A stretch of 64,000 nt of DNA from Candidatus Hydrogenedentota bacterium. Lineage in GTDB: Bacteria > Hydrogenedentota > Hydrogenedentia > Hydrogenedentales > SLHB01. The stretch is taken from assembly GCA_963674865.2 (NCBI GenBank), contig CAXXYE010000011.1, forward strand, positions 64,001 to 128,000, in the 5' to 3' direction. The notes below the pieces were generated by a model. It had not been told where the DNA came from, searched no databases, and saw nothing but the letters and a program-made list of their open reading frames with translations. The translations under genes were made by a program, and so were the position numbers. This document shows positions 1-10,344 of the stretch, piece by piece. Position 1 is the first letter of the stretch, and every line of letters starts with the position of its first letter.

Positions 1-1510
1 AGCGCGACTGGCACGAACAGAAGGTGACGTTCACCACGCATGAAACTGTCGCCACGATGCAGATCTACCTGATCCACCGGGACATGAAGGGGACTGTCTG
101 GTACGACGAATGCGAGCTTCGGCCACGCCCGCCCAAATCGGTGCCGCCGATCGGTGACGGGGCGGCAGTAACTTTCGACGGCGGACCGGGTGGGCTCGAG
201 ATGCGGGTGGAGAAGGTCGATGAGCACGACGGAAAGATCCGTGTGCAAACGACCGGTGCCGAGTACCTCATCGACCCGACCGCAGGGTCCATATTGGGAT
301 CGCAGCGAATCGGGATCGAGCGTCCGGTGGTCAAGATCGCTTTTCCCCAGGGGGCTTGCCGGACTGCGCGTGATCCGAAATGACGACACGGTTTGCGTAC
401 TTGTCGACCGGCCAACTGGATATCGGCATCCAATGCGATTCGCTGATCGTGGTGGCGGCCGCCGAGGAGCAGCCCGTGGTGTGCGAAGGCCGGATCGGCG
501 GTACCTGGGCGCGTTTCGAGGAGGGGCACGTGCTGGCGATCGACGACCGTGGCGGCGTAGGCGTCTATCCTCACGTGATGCAGGGCTCCGGTATCAAGGC
601 CGGGGCCCTCGAGCCGCCCGTCGACCTTTCCAAGCCCGGCTGGAGATGCACGCATACGATCGGTTCTAGCGCCCGTCTGGGCATTTCCGTCTTTCCGCCG
701 CGCGAGTTTGACTGGGAGAAATCGTTCCAGTGGCGGCTCTGCCACACGGGCGGAGAGTTTCCACCGGACGAGGTGCTCGATCGCTGGAGCGAGCACGCCA
801 CCCACATGTGCCTGCATGCCAGTTCGATGTGGGCATCGGAACATCCGTGGATGGGACCGTATGAACAGAAGGACCCCGACGGCTTCCGGCGCGTGATTGC
901 CACCTGCAAACACAACGGGATGACGGTGATGCCGTACATGAGCCCCTGGTACTTCAACGTCCGCGATGCCGACACGTTCATCAAGCAGCTTGCCACCCAG
1001 AAAGCCGAGTTCGGCTTCGGCGGAATTTACTACGACGGGCTCTGGTACGACGACTGGATCGAGTCGTACCGGGTGATGCGGATGACGCGCGAGCTATTCC
1101 CCGAAGGATGCGTGTATATCCACAGCACGATCGGCCCGCCGATTTTTTCGAGGACGATCTGGTGCCCTTTTCTGGATACTTATGCCGACTTAGTTCTCCG
1201 CGGAGAGGGGCAGCCGTGTCAGGGGCCGGAGGATCCTTATGTCCGCTACGTGGCCGCGGGATATGGCACCTCGAACGCGATCGGCATGATGAAGGGCGAC
1301 AAGTGGAACGTGGACGCCAAGACGCAGAAGCAAGTAATGCTCGGCTACAATGGACGCGGACGCTGGGGGACCTATCCCCGAAAGGACAAGGACGGGAACT
1401 ACGTTTTCCCCGGACAGGAGGGCCCGCCGACCGGCTTTTTCGTCGACTGGTACTATCCGGAACTGGATCGGCTTCAACAGGAGTGGCGTGCAGGCCGGCG
1501 GAAGCCTTGA
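1..1510 (+). CDS. Putative glycoside hydrolase (TIM-barrel, GH-like) with N-terminal carbohydrate-binding module; 5' end outside window; frameshifted near 345-405
   Basis: ORF 24..383 (CBM-like end 'GTVWYDECEL') joins ORF 380..1510 through a short third-frame piece (RGLAGLRVIRNDDTVCVL). The 'VMPYMSP...FGFGGIYYDG...YIHST' pattern is typical of uncharacterised GH barrels. Confidence 0.55.
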
Positions 1511-1547
1511 TGGGCTTGCTCATCGACCGCCGACGGACGAGCCGATC

Positions 1548-3293
1548 CTACCTGTCGTGCACCACGATTTCCAATTCTTCCGTGTAGGGCGGTTGCCGGT
1601 CATCAAGCGGCGATGTCAGCGTCAGTCCCAATTCGTTGTCACCGCGAAACGGCGGGCAGTCGGCCAGCGAGATTTCAAAACGCACGCCCGGCAGGCCGCC
1701 GCGGCGCTCGCCCGCCGGGTAACGATCGACCTTGGCTCGATCAACCGGCTGTCCGTTGACGTCAACGGAGATCTCGTCGGTCGCCGAGAGGTGGTAGACC
1801 CAAAACGTGAGCCGACCCGAGAGCATCTCACCGCCCTGGCCATCGGCCATGCGGAACGGAAACGCTAGCCGTTTGCCCGCGTGATTCGCGTCGAAGGTCA
1901 GGACCGGGCTGTTGACGTGGCCCAGCGGGCTGCATCCTTCGTCGTACCAAGGATAATTGCGTGCCGGCGGCTTGCGACTCGAAATACCTTTGCCCATTGG
2001 CAAATAGCGATACGTTCGTGGCCCGGCGAAGACGTCTTCCTTCGATTTCACGGCCCCAGTCCAGCACGCGATGCGCGCCTGTTGCTCGGGGGCGGCGGTG
2101 GCTTCGCCGCCAAAGTGAATTCCCACGTTCCAGAACGAGATGCTGTCCGCTCCCCAAGCATAGTAGTTCGCAGCGGCTCCTCGGGCTTCCGGTTCGGTGA
2201 TCAACATGCCGAGGTAGCTATCTGTCTTGTGTTTAGCCGACATGGCGATCGGCCGGTCAAGGATACTGGGGGGTCCGCTGTAGATCGAACCGATCATGTT
2301 GCCCATCACCACGATCGTATCGACGCCGGCCGGTTTGGTGAAACGGGCGAACTCGCCAACCGGCAGTTGCGGATCGGTGTTGTTCCACGTCGAGATCACG
2401 ACATAGTTGATCCAGCCGCGCCGAACCCAGGTTTCGATATCCACGCCGGCGAGCCAGCAGGCGTCAACCGATTCCGGTACGCGGACGCCGAGAGTCGGAC
2501 GCTTGCGCCCTCGTTTCTTGGTTGCCGCGTCGAGCATTGCGCGGATCCGGCCGACGAAGTCCGTCATTACGGCCGCCTTCTCGCGGCCCTTGTCCCGGGG
2601 GAAGTGCTTGGCCCAGCGGACGAAGTTCAACTCCAACCCGTCGACTTCGTACCCTTCTACGATTTCTCGCATGATAGCCAGTCGATGCTCGCGGACCTCC
2701 GGATGCGAGTAATCCAGAGCCGTTTCGTTGGTGCGGCCGTCCGGCTGCTGGATCACGTATTCGGGATGTTCGATCGCGAAGAGCGAGCAAAGCGGGTGGT
2801 TGCGGTCGAGCGACCTGTGATGGGTATCGTTCATGCGGATCGCGGCCAGCACTTCCTTCCCCTTGGCCCGCATGTGCTCGGTGACGATCCGGAGGGCATC
2901 GGTCCCTTCCGCGCGGAGGCCGCGAATGCCAGGCGCCCAACCTTGTGAGAAACCTGGGGCAAAACGGTCGCCATAGACCTCTCCGGCCTTCGAGTCGAAT
3001 GTGCAGACGTCCGGGGTGGCTGCGAGAAAGACAAAGGTCGTCATCGTGACCGCCTCGGCCTCACGATCGAGCCAATCCCGTACGAAGCGGGACGTTCCGT
3101 CTGCGGGGGCTTCCATCAGCATCTGAGCGTCGTCATTGAATACAACGCGAGGAATCGGCTCGGCCGCCGGAGCCAACAAGTCGGAGCCGAATAGGAGAAA
3201 CAGAGCCAGCGCCGTGCCCAGCCCCAGGGGCCGCCTCGCCAAGGCTCCGCCCATCGGTCTGTGGCCCGCCGCGCCGAATGCCGGAATATCCAT
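1548..3293 (-). CDS. Exported glycoside hydrolase-like protein (GH10-like/GHL10 family)
   Basis: 581 aa ORF with hydrophobic signal and motifs 'FNDD', 'IRMNDTH', 'LDYSHPEVR', 'YEVDGLELNF'. Start codon uncertain. Confidence 0.65.
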   Translation of the reverse strand: MDIPAFGAAGHRPMGGALARRPLGLGTALALFLLFGSDLLAPAAEPIPRVVFNDDAQMLMEAPADGTSRFVRDWLDREAEAVTMTTFVFLAATPDVCTFDSKAGEVYGDRFAPGFSQGWAPGIRGLRAEGTDALRIVTEHMRAKGKEVLAAIRMNDTHHRSLDRNHPLCSLFAIEHPEYVIQQPDGRTNETALDYSHPEVREHRLAIMREIVEGYEVDGLELNFVRWAKHFPRDKGREKAAVMTDFVGRIRAMLDAATKKRGRKRPTLGVRVPESVDACWLAGVDIETWVRRGWINYVVISTWNNTDPQLPVGEFARFTKPAGVDTIVVMGNMIGSIYSGPPSILDRPIAMSAKHKTDSYLGMLITEPEARGAAANYYAWGADSISFWNVGIHFGGEATAAPEQQARIACWTGAVKSKEDVFAGPRTYRYLPMGKGISSRKPPARNYPWYDEGCSPLGHVNSPVLTFDANHAGKRLAFPFRMADGQGGEMLSGRLTFWVYHLSATDEISVDVNGQPVDRAKVDRYPAGERRGGLPGVRFEISLADCPPFRGDNELGLTLTSPLDDRQPPYTEELEIVVHDR

Positions 3294-3573
3294 GGAGTCT
3301 CTCGCTCAGAAGCCATATTGATGGGCAGGTTCCCAGGCGTCTATTGTAAGTGCCGCCGGTCCCCATACAATGCGGCAAGACTGCCCAACCCGAATAGCCA
3401 CTTGGTTTTCGAGCGCAATTGCGGTCGCATGCTCGGTCGCCGCCACAACCGGCGGATCGTGGTTTCCTCACAGGTGAGGCGGGTGTATAATCGGTGTCTG
3501 ACGGTGGGGGGGTGGGCCGAGACGCCCCGCAGATTTTGTTTTTGTCCTGCCTAGACACTCTGGAGGTCGTGCA

Positions 3574-6500
3574 ATGCGATTCCGTGGAAGGCTGATAGCG
3601 CCGAGATGTCGGTGGTTAACCGTTGTGTGTGGTATCACGCTACTGGCACTTGCGACTGCGGCCTGGGCCCAGAGCCCGATCGTGCCGGACAGCGACGTTT
3701 CGCTGAAGGCAATACCTGTCGGCCAGTCTACACGGCAGTTGATCGAGGCGGACTGGATCGATGCCGATCGCCGATACGCCGAGGTGAACGTTCCGGGTGT
3801 TTCTCCGGCGGCCGTCACGTCGGGCAAGATAAACGAGTACGGCGTGACCACCGCCCAGGACGCTGCCGGCGGTTGTGACGGCGTCAAGAATGGCCGCTGG
3901 GGATTCCACACCGCCAGCGGAGAGAGCGAACCGTGGTGGCAGGTCGACCTGGGCGGCGACGTCCGCTTGGATCGGGTGGTGATCTTCAATCGTTGTGACG
4001 GCGGCACCCCAGCGCGAACCAAGGGGATTCGCGTCTTGGTATCGAAGGGAGCCGACTGTGAGAACTTCGAGGTGGCATACGAACACGACGGCACGGTCTT
4101 CCAGGGCGTCAAAGAGAAGAACCCGCTGGTGGTCGGCTTGAAGGATAAGAACGTCACCGCACGAATCGTACGGTTGCACATCCCGGGACGGTGTTCGTTC
4201 GCACTGGACGAGATCGAGGTGTACGCCGCCGACAAACCCGAGTTGAACATCGCCTTGGGAAAGCCGGCCGACCAGAAGAGCGTGAGCAAGTATTCATACC
4301 CGGGCACGCTGCCCGACGGGGTCATGTCCGCCAAGCCGCCGAGTTCGACAACCACGCCGGACGGCGGTTTCCAACTGGCTCACACGCGCGAGGTGCTGGA
4401 TCGCGGCAAGCAACTGGCTGCCCGGCTTGCCCCCAGGACAGCCAAGGCCCGCCTGGCACCATTGAGCGAGGAACTGGCGAAACTCGATGCCCGGCTGGCC
4501 AAACTGGAGGCGGCCGACGAGGTGCCGAAAGACGTTCGCCGGGAGATCTACCTTCAGTCGCGGAGCATCGTTCGTAAGATCGCCCTGGCAAATCCGCTCT
4601 TGAAGATGGACAAGATGTTGTTTGTCAAACGGCACGATCCGGGCGGGATCTTTCACATGTGCGATCAGTACTACGGCTGCAACGGCACGCCGGGTGGAGG
4701 GCTTTACGTGCTCTCGGATCCGTTCGGGCCCGAGCCGAAGGTGACCAACCTGTTGGAGAACTCGGTGGTCGAAAACGGCCGGATGAAGGGCAGAAAACTC
4801 GAAGGCGGGACGTTCCTGTCGCCCGAACTCTCCTACGATGCCAAAACGATTCTCTTCGCTTATAGCGAATGCCAGGGCACGGAACCGTACCAATGGGGAC
4901 CGACCGTCAGCTATCACATCTTCAAGGTCAATGCCGACGGTACCGGCTTGGTTCAACTGACCGACGGCGCCACCGACGATTTCGACCCTTGCTTCCTCCC
5001 CAACGGGCGGATCGTCTTCGTCTCCGAGCGGCGCGGCGGCTATCTCCGTTGCGGGCGGCATTGCCCGGTCTACACGATGTTCACGATGGAACCCGACGGC
5101 AGCGACGTGATCTGTATCAGCTACCACGAAACGCACGAGTGGCACCCCAGCGTAAACAACGACGGGATGATCGTCTACTCGCGTTGGGACTACGTCGATC
5201 GCGACACCAACGTGGCCCATCATATCTGGACCTGTTACCCGGACGGCCGCGACCCGCGCAGCTTCCACGGCAATTACCCGATCAAGCGCGAAAGCCGGCC
5301 GTGGATGGAGATGAGCACCCGGTCGATTCCCAACTCGAACAAGTACGTGTTTTCCACGGGCGCCCATCACGGTCACGCCTTTGGTTCGCTCTTGCTTTTG
5401 AATCCGCGGATCGAGGACGACCGGGCAATGTCTCAGCTTACGCGGCTGACGCCCGAGGTTGTCTTCCCCGAAGCGGAGTCTCCCAAGAGCCAGATCAAAG
5501 ACTACATGATCTACGGTACGCCGTGGCCTTTGGACGAGGACGACCATCTCTGCGTCTACGACCACAAGGTCAGCAACCGGGGGATTTATTGGATCGACCG
5601 TTTCGGCAACAAGGAGTTGATCTATCGCGACCCCGAGATATCCTGCATCAGTCCGATACCGTTTCGTGCACGGCCGATGCCGCCGGTGATTCCCTCGGCC
5701 ACGACCCAGGCGGCCCGCGACCGGAAGAATCCAGAGGACGTCAACCGTCCGGCGACCGTGGCGGTGATGAACGTCTACGACAGCGATTTCGAGTGGCCCC
5801 AGGGGACCCGGATCGAGGCCCTGCGGATCATGCAGGTGTTGGCCAAGGCAACCGCTCCGCCGAACAGTCCGCGGATCGGCATCGCCAACCAGACCAATGC
5901 CCGAGCCGTCTTGGGCACGGTGCCGGTCGAGAAGGACGGCAGCGCGTACTTCGAGGTTCCGCCGGGCAAGGAGATCTACTTTCAGGCCGTCGACGCCAAG
6001 GGGATGGCGGTGCAGTCGATGCGCTCGGGCACCTACTTGCACCCGGGCGAACGGATGCAATGCCAAGGCTGCCACGAGCGAAAGCACCGTCCGCCCAGCC
6101 AACCGGTGCAAACGCCGCTGGCCCTGCGACGGGCGCCGTCGAGGATAGCGCCCGAGGTGAGCGGCTCCAATCCCTTCAACTATGTGCGGTTGGTGCAGCC
6201 GGTGCTGGACCGCAATTGTGTCGAGTGTCACGTGGAAAATAAGGCTCTGGATCTCTCCGGCAAGCTCGACGCCAACTACGGCTGGTCGCGATCGTACGCA
6301 AATCTGGCCGCCGAGTACGGTTTCTACTTCCACGTCACCAACGGCTCGATCAACACGGGCATTCACGGAGGCTCGCGGACTATTCCAGGAGCCTTTGGCG
6401 CCAAGGCTGCCAAGCTGATGGAGTATACCGACTCCCGACATTACGACGTCAAGTTGTCCGACGAGGACCGCCACCGCTTGATCCTCTGGCTCGACAGCAA

Positions 6501-6576
6501 CTCGGAGTTCTACGGCTCGTACGAGAACATCGAAGCCCAAGCCCGGGGCGAGATCGTGCTGCCGTCGCTGGAGTAG
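3574..6576 (+). CDS. HzsA-like protein: signal peptide, discoidin/F5-8C domain, TolB-like propeller, hydrazine-synthase-alpha middle domain, two c-type haem motifs
   Basis: 1000 aa intact ORF with SD ggagg. Motifs: 'PWWQVDLG' (discoidin), 'DFDPCFLPNGRIVFVSER', 'LGTVPVEKDGSAYFEVP...FQAVD...QSMRS', CQGCH and CVECH. Confidence 0.85.
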   Translation: MRFRGRLIAPRCRWLTVVCGITLLALATAAWAQSPIVPDSDVSLKAIPVGQSTRQLIEADWIDADRRYAEVNVPGVSPAAVTSGKINEYGVTTAQDAAGGCDGVKNGRWGFHTASGESEPWWQVDLGGDVRLDRVVIFNRCDGGTPARTKGIRVLVSKGADCENFEVAYEHDGTVFQGVKEKNPLVVGLKDKNVTARIVRLHIPGRCSFALDEIEVYAADKPELNIALGKPADQKSVSKYSYPGTLPDGVMSAKPPSSTTTPDGGFQLAHTREVLDRGKQLAARLAPRTAKARLAPLSEELAKLDARLAKLEAADEVPKDVRREIYLQSRSIVRKIALANPLLKMDKMLFVKRHDPGGIFHMCDQYYGCNGTPGGGLYVLSDPFGPEPKVTNLLENSVVENGRMKGRKLEGGTFLSPELSYDAKTILFAYSECQGTEPYQWGPTVSYHIFKVNADGTGLVQLTDGATDDFDPCFLPNGRIVFVSERRGGYLRCGRHCPVYTMFTMEPDGSDVICISYHETHEWHPSVNNDGMIVYSRWDYVDRDTNVAHHIWTCYPDGRDPRSFHGNYPIKRESRPWMEMSTRSIPNSNKYVFSTGAHHGHAFGSLLLLNPRIEDDRAMSQLTRLTPEVVFPEAESPKSQIKDYMIYGTPWPLDEDDHLCVYDHKVSNRGIYWIDRFGNKELIYRDPEISCISPIPFRARPMPPVIPSATTQAARDRKNPEDVNRPATVAVMNVYDSDFEWPQGTRIEALRIMQVLAKATAPPNSPRIGIANQTNARAVLGTVPVEKDGSAYFEVPPGKEIYFQAVDAKGMAVQSMRSGTYLHPGERMQCQGCHERKHRPPSQPVQTPLALRRAPSRIAPEVSGSNPFNYVRLVQPVLDRNCVECHVENKALDLSGKLDANYGWSRSYANLAAEYGFYFHVTNGSINTGIHGGSRTIPGAFGAKAAKLMEYTDSRHYDVKLSDEDRHRLILWLDSNSEFYGSYENIEAQARGEIVLPSLE

Positions 6577-6689
6577 GGTGAACGGTGTCAGACACTCTGG
6601 GGACCGCTCCATGAGAGTGCTTGCCTGCGGTCCGAACGGCGGGAAAGCCCGCCCGCTCACGGGTGTTCCCCCGAGTTTCACCCCGCGAC

Positions 6690-6718
6690 GTGACAATTGA
6701 TGCGTCAGCCTGTATAGT
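6690..6718 (+). promoter_or_regulatory. Possible sigma70 promoter GTGACA-N17-TATAGT
   Basis: Near-consensus hexamers at 17 bp spacing, about 50 bp upstream of the ATG at 6770. Confidence 0.3.
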
Positions 6719-6769
6719 GACACCCTGCCTCATTACGCCTCGTATGTCCCTTCCTCGGAGACCAACACG

Positions 6770-9700
6770 ATGAAGATATGTATCAAACGAATCGTATGTC
6801 GCGCGGCAATCCTGTCGATTTGCCTATCCTGCGTGTCGCTGTCGGTCGCCGAGGACCGGATGGTCAACGAGTCGGCCAGGGAGATTCCGGTTGCCTATGA
6901 AGTCGACGTGGTGGTGGTCGGTGGGAGCACCGGAGCGGTAGCAACCGCCGTAGCGGCCGCCGACGCCGGAGCCAAGGTCTTTCTCGCCGCCGAACGACCC
7001 TACCTGGGCGACGATATGACGGCCACTCTGAGATTGTGGCTGGAAGAGGGTGAAGAGCCCGGCAGCGATCTGGCCAAGCGGATCTTCAGCGACCCGGGGC
7101 AGACGGAGTTCAGCCGCGACCCCAACGCACTCGATTTCACTTACGAGGCCAACCAACCCAGCGCGGCGGCGCATCGCGACTCCGATCCACCCGCCAAACT
7201 CGCCGACGGCCATTGGGGCAGCGCTTCGGCGATGAGCGTGCAGTATGACGGCGATGTCGAGATCGTCTGCGACCTGGGCGAGCCGAAGGCGGTCGAAAAG
7301 GTCCGCCTGATGGTCTATTTCCGGGGAAGTTCCAGCGATCGCAAGTCGAATTTCATCGTCGGGAGCATGGACATATCCACCCGAGTCGGCGACGGGCCCT
7401 GGCAACCGGGTGGCTCGGTCGAGAATAAGTCGACGCAGGATTGCAGCGTTATCACCGCCGGCGTAGAGAAGACGGCCCAATTCGTGAAGCTTTCGGTGAA
7501 GAAATCGGCCGACGTGGATCGGATTCTCTTGGGCGAAATCGAGATCGTCGGTCCGGCACCTGAGGAAGTAGTCCGCAATCCCGACTATCCCACCCCGCGA
7601 CCGATGCACGTCAAGAAGACCCTGGATGAGGCCTTGTTGAAGGCGGGCGTCCAGTTCCTCTACGGTTGTTATCCGACGGACGTATTGCGCGACTCCGAAG
7701 GACAGCCGTGCGGTATCGTGATGGCCAATCGGGCCGGCCGGCAGGCCGTGGTGGCCAAGACAATCATCGACGCAACCGCGCGAGCCACCGTGGCCCAACT
7801 GGCGGGGGCCGAGTCCGAGCCGTTCGCGCCCGGCGTACAGAAGTTCGGCCGTGTTGTGATTGGCGGCGAAGTCAAAGAGGGGCCCGGCATTTCGGCCCGG
7901 GTAATCGAACCGCCGTTTCGCGGCCCGTATCCAAATCCCGCCAAGACGCCCAGCGGCAACTTCGATATCATCGAGTACACGCTTGAAATCCCCATGGACG
8001 ATGCGAGTGCCGCCTCGTGGGCCAAGGCCGATCAATTGGCTCGATCGATGACCTATCATCCCGATCAGCAGTTCACCTCGGACAAGCTCTATCATATCCC
8101 CAACGACTCGATCAAGGGCCGGGCAGACGGCGATGCGGCCTGGCAGGGCGTTGGCCGGCTCCCGCTGGGTGCATTCCAGCCGGCCGGCGTTGCCCGATTG
8201 TACCTGCTCGGTCCGAGGGCCGATCTTTCCGTCCAGGCCAAGGAGGGGCTCTCACGCCCGCTGGCCCTGATCGACCTGGGAACGCGAATCGGAAAATTGG
8301 CCGCCGGTGAAGCCAAGAAACTGAAGACTCTGGCCGGCGTTCACTTGCCCGGTGAGCCGGTGGCCGACCCGGTCGCGAAGGGAGATGTGGGTGAATTTCT
8401 CATCGGCGTACGACCCACGCAAGAGCTGTCGACAATTCAGCAGGCCGCCCGGGCCCTGCCCGTCTTGGGCGAATATGACGTGGTGGTGATCGGCGGTGGA
8501 ACGGCGGGCGCGCCGGCCGGAATCGCGGCCGGTCGGCATGGGGCCAAGACGCTGGTGGTCGACTATTTGCACGCCCTGGGTGGCGTGGGCACGGCGGGAG
8601 CCATTTCGAAGTACTACTGGGGGAACCGGGTCGGTTTCTCGGCCACCGTGGAAGAAGCCAGCGCTTCCTGGGTAATCGAGCAGAGAATCGAGTGGTGGCG
8701 AAACAACCTGCTGGAAGTCGGCACCGATATCTGGTTTGGCACCATCGGCTGCGGTGCCTTTGTCGATCAGGGACAAGTCAAGGGCGCCGTCGTGGCTACT
8801 CCCGAAGGACGCGGCGTCGTGCTGGCCAAGGTGGTGATCGACACCACCGGCAACTCAGACATCGCGGTGGCCGCCGGATCGCAGTCGACCTACACCGATG
8901 AAACCGAACTGGCCATGCAAGGAACCGGGTTGCCCGGGCGCAAACTGGGCTCCACCTATACCAACACCGATTTCACCATCACCGACGAGACCGATATGGT
9001 CGACGTCTGGCACCTCTTCGTGTACGCCAAGAACAAGTACGCCGACGCCTTCGATCAGGGCCAACTGATCGACACCCGGGAACGGCGGCGGATCAAAGGC
9101 GAATTCACGATGTCGCTTCTGGACCAAGTCAACAATCGCACCTATCCGGATACCGTGGTGGTCTCCCTAAGTAACTTTGACTCCCACGGCTACACCGTGG
9201 AGCCCTACTTGGAACTCACGCATCCCGGCAAGTCCGGCTTCCAGATCAACGTGCCCTATCGTTGCCTTCTGCCGGCGGGCTTGAAGGGGATTCTGGTTGG
9301 CGGGCTGGGGATGAGCGTGCATCGCGACGCGGTACCGATGACCCGAATGCAGCCCGACCTGCAGAACCAAGGCTATGCCGAAGGCGCCGCCGCGGCCATG
9401 GCGGTGAAGGACAACGTGCCATTGCGGAAGATCGATATCCGCAAGCTCCAGAAGCACCTGATCGAGATCGGCAACCTGCCCGATCGGGTTCTCACCGACG
9501 AGGATTCGTACCCCATGCCGATCGAGCGGATCCGCGAGGCCGTGGCAAGCGTGAAGGACGAATACAAGGGTGCGGCCGTGATCCTGGCCCAGCCGGCGGA
9601 TGCCCTGCCGCTCCTGCGCCAGGCCTACGACAAGGCGGAAAACGACAAGGCGAGGCTGATCTATGCCCACGTGCTGGCAGTGCTTGGCGACGCGACCGGC

Positions 9701-10237
9701 GTGGAGGTGCTGATGGCCGAAGTAGAGGGCATCGAGGAGTGGGACGAAGGCTGGGACTACCGCGCGATGGGGCAGTTTGGAAGCGCCTTGAGCCGCCTGG
9801 ACCGGCTGATCGTGGCCCTGGGCCGTGCCGGGGAACCGAAGGCGCTGGCCGCGATCCTCCCCAAGATGAAGACTCTGACTGCCCAGAGCGAGTTCTCCCA
9901 CCACCGGGCGGTCGGAATGGCTTGCGAGTTGATCGGCGACGCCGGCGCCGCCAAGCCGCTGGTTGAGTTGTTGACCAAGCCCGAGATGTCCGGATACGTC
10001 CACGACTCGGTCGAGAAAGCCCGACGGTTGGATCAAGCCAGCCCGGGTGGCACGAACGCGGTTCAGACGCGGCGCGACTCGATCCGAGAATTGGCGTTGG
10101 GTCGAGCCTTGCTCCGTTGTGGAGACTATGGAGGTGTGGGCCGGTCGGTTCTGACGGCGTACACCAACGACCTCCGAGGGCACTTCGCCCGGCATGCCAA
10201 GGCCGTTCTGGAGGCCGAGGAAAAGCCACCGCGTTAG
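6770..10237 (+). CDS. Exported FAD-dependent oxidoreductase (two FAD_oxidored-like modules, inserted discoidin-like domain, C-terminal HEAT-like repeats)
   Basis: 1155 aa. Two Rossmann starts, 'DVVVVGGSTGAV' and 'DVVVIGGGTAGAPAG'; also 'IDTTGNSD', 'RERRRIKG', 'VPYRCLLP'. Signal peptide present. Confidence 0.85.
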   Translation: MKICIKRIVCRAAILSICLSCVSLSVAEDRMVNESAREIPVAYEVDVVVVGGSTGAVATAVAAADAGAKVFLAAERPYLGDDMTATLRLWLEEGEEPGSDLAKRIFSDPGQTEFSRDPNALDFTYEANQPSAAAHRDSDPPAKLADGHWGSASAMSVQYDGDVEIVCDLGEPKAVEKVRLMVYFRGSSSDRKSNFIVGSMDISTRVGDGPWQPGGSVENKSTQDCSVITAGVEKTAQFVKLSVKKSADVDRILLGEIEIVGPAPEEVVRNPDYPTPRPMHVKKTLDEALLKAGVQFLYGCYPTDVLRDSEGQPCGIVMANRAGRQAVVAKTIIDATARATVAQLAGAESEPFAPGVQKFGRVVIGGEVKEGPGISARVIEPPFRGPYPNPAKTPSGNFDIIEYTLEIPMDDASAASWAKADQLARSMTYHPDQQFTSDKLYHIPNDSIKGRADGDAAWQGVGRLPLGAFQPAGVARLYLLGPRADLSVQAKEGLSRPLALIDLGTRIGKLAAGEAKKLKTLAGVHLPGEPVADPVAKGDVGEFLIGVRPTQELSTIQQAARALPVLGEYDVVVIGGGTAGAPAGIAAGRHGAKTLVVDYLHALGGVGTAGAISKYYWGNRVGFSATVEEASASWVIEQRIEWWRNNLLEVGTDIWFGTIGCGAFVDQGQVKGAVVATPEGRGVVLAKVVIDTTGNSDIAVAAGSQSTYTDETELAMQGTGLPGRKLGSTYTNTDFTITDETDMVDVWHLFVYAKNKYADAFDQGQLIDTRERRRIKGEFTMSLLDQVNNRTYPDTVVVSLSNFDSHGYTVEPYLELTHPGKSGFQINVPYRCLLPAGLKGILVGGLGMSVHRDAVPMTRMQPDLQNQGYAEGAAAAMAVKDNVPLRKIDIRKLQKHLIEIGNLPDRVLTDEDSYPMPIERIREAVASVKDEYKGAAVILAQPADALPLLRQAYDKAENDKARLIYAHVLAVLGDATGVEVLMAEVEGIEEWDEGWDYRAMGQFGSALSRLDRLIVALGRAGEPKALAAILPKMKTLTAQSEFSHHRAVGMACELIGDAGAAKPLVELLTKPEMSGYVHDSVEKARRLDQASPGGTNAVQTRRDSIRELALGRALLRCGDYGGVGRSVLTAYTNDLRGHFARHAKAVLEAEEKPPR

Positions 10238-10247
10238 GCAAGAAACA

Positions 10248-10285
10248 ACCAAGCGACCCTGGCTCGGTGGCAAGGGTCGCTTGGT
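10248..10285. terminator. Hairpin between convergent genes (likely bidirectional terminator)
   Basis: ACCAAGCGACCCT...AGGGTCGCTTGGT, a 13 bp perfect stem. Confidence 0.6.
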
Positions 10286-10344
10286 GCATTCTGAAGCGAT
10301 ATCAATCGGCCGTATCGTCTGGATGCGGCCGGGCTTCGTTCTAT

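Noticed and set aside
3574..6576. Anammox hydrazine synthase
   Set aside because: No hzsB/hzsC or other anammox genes nearby; the extra discoidin domain and heterotrophic CAZyme context argue against it.
4294..6723. Long antisense ORFs (e.g. 809 aa here; also 47351..49084, 46023..47360)
   Set aside because: Shadow frames of well-supported genes in high-GC DNA, with no recognisable motifs.
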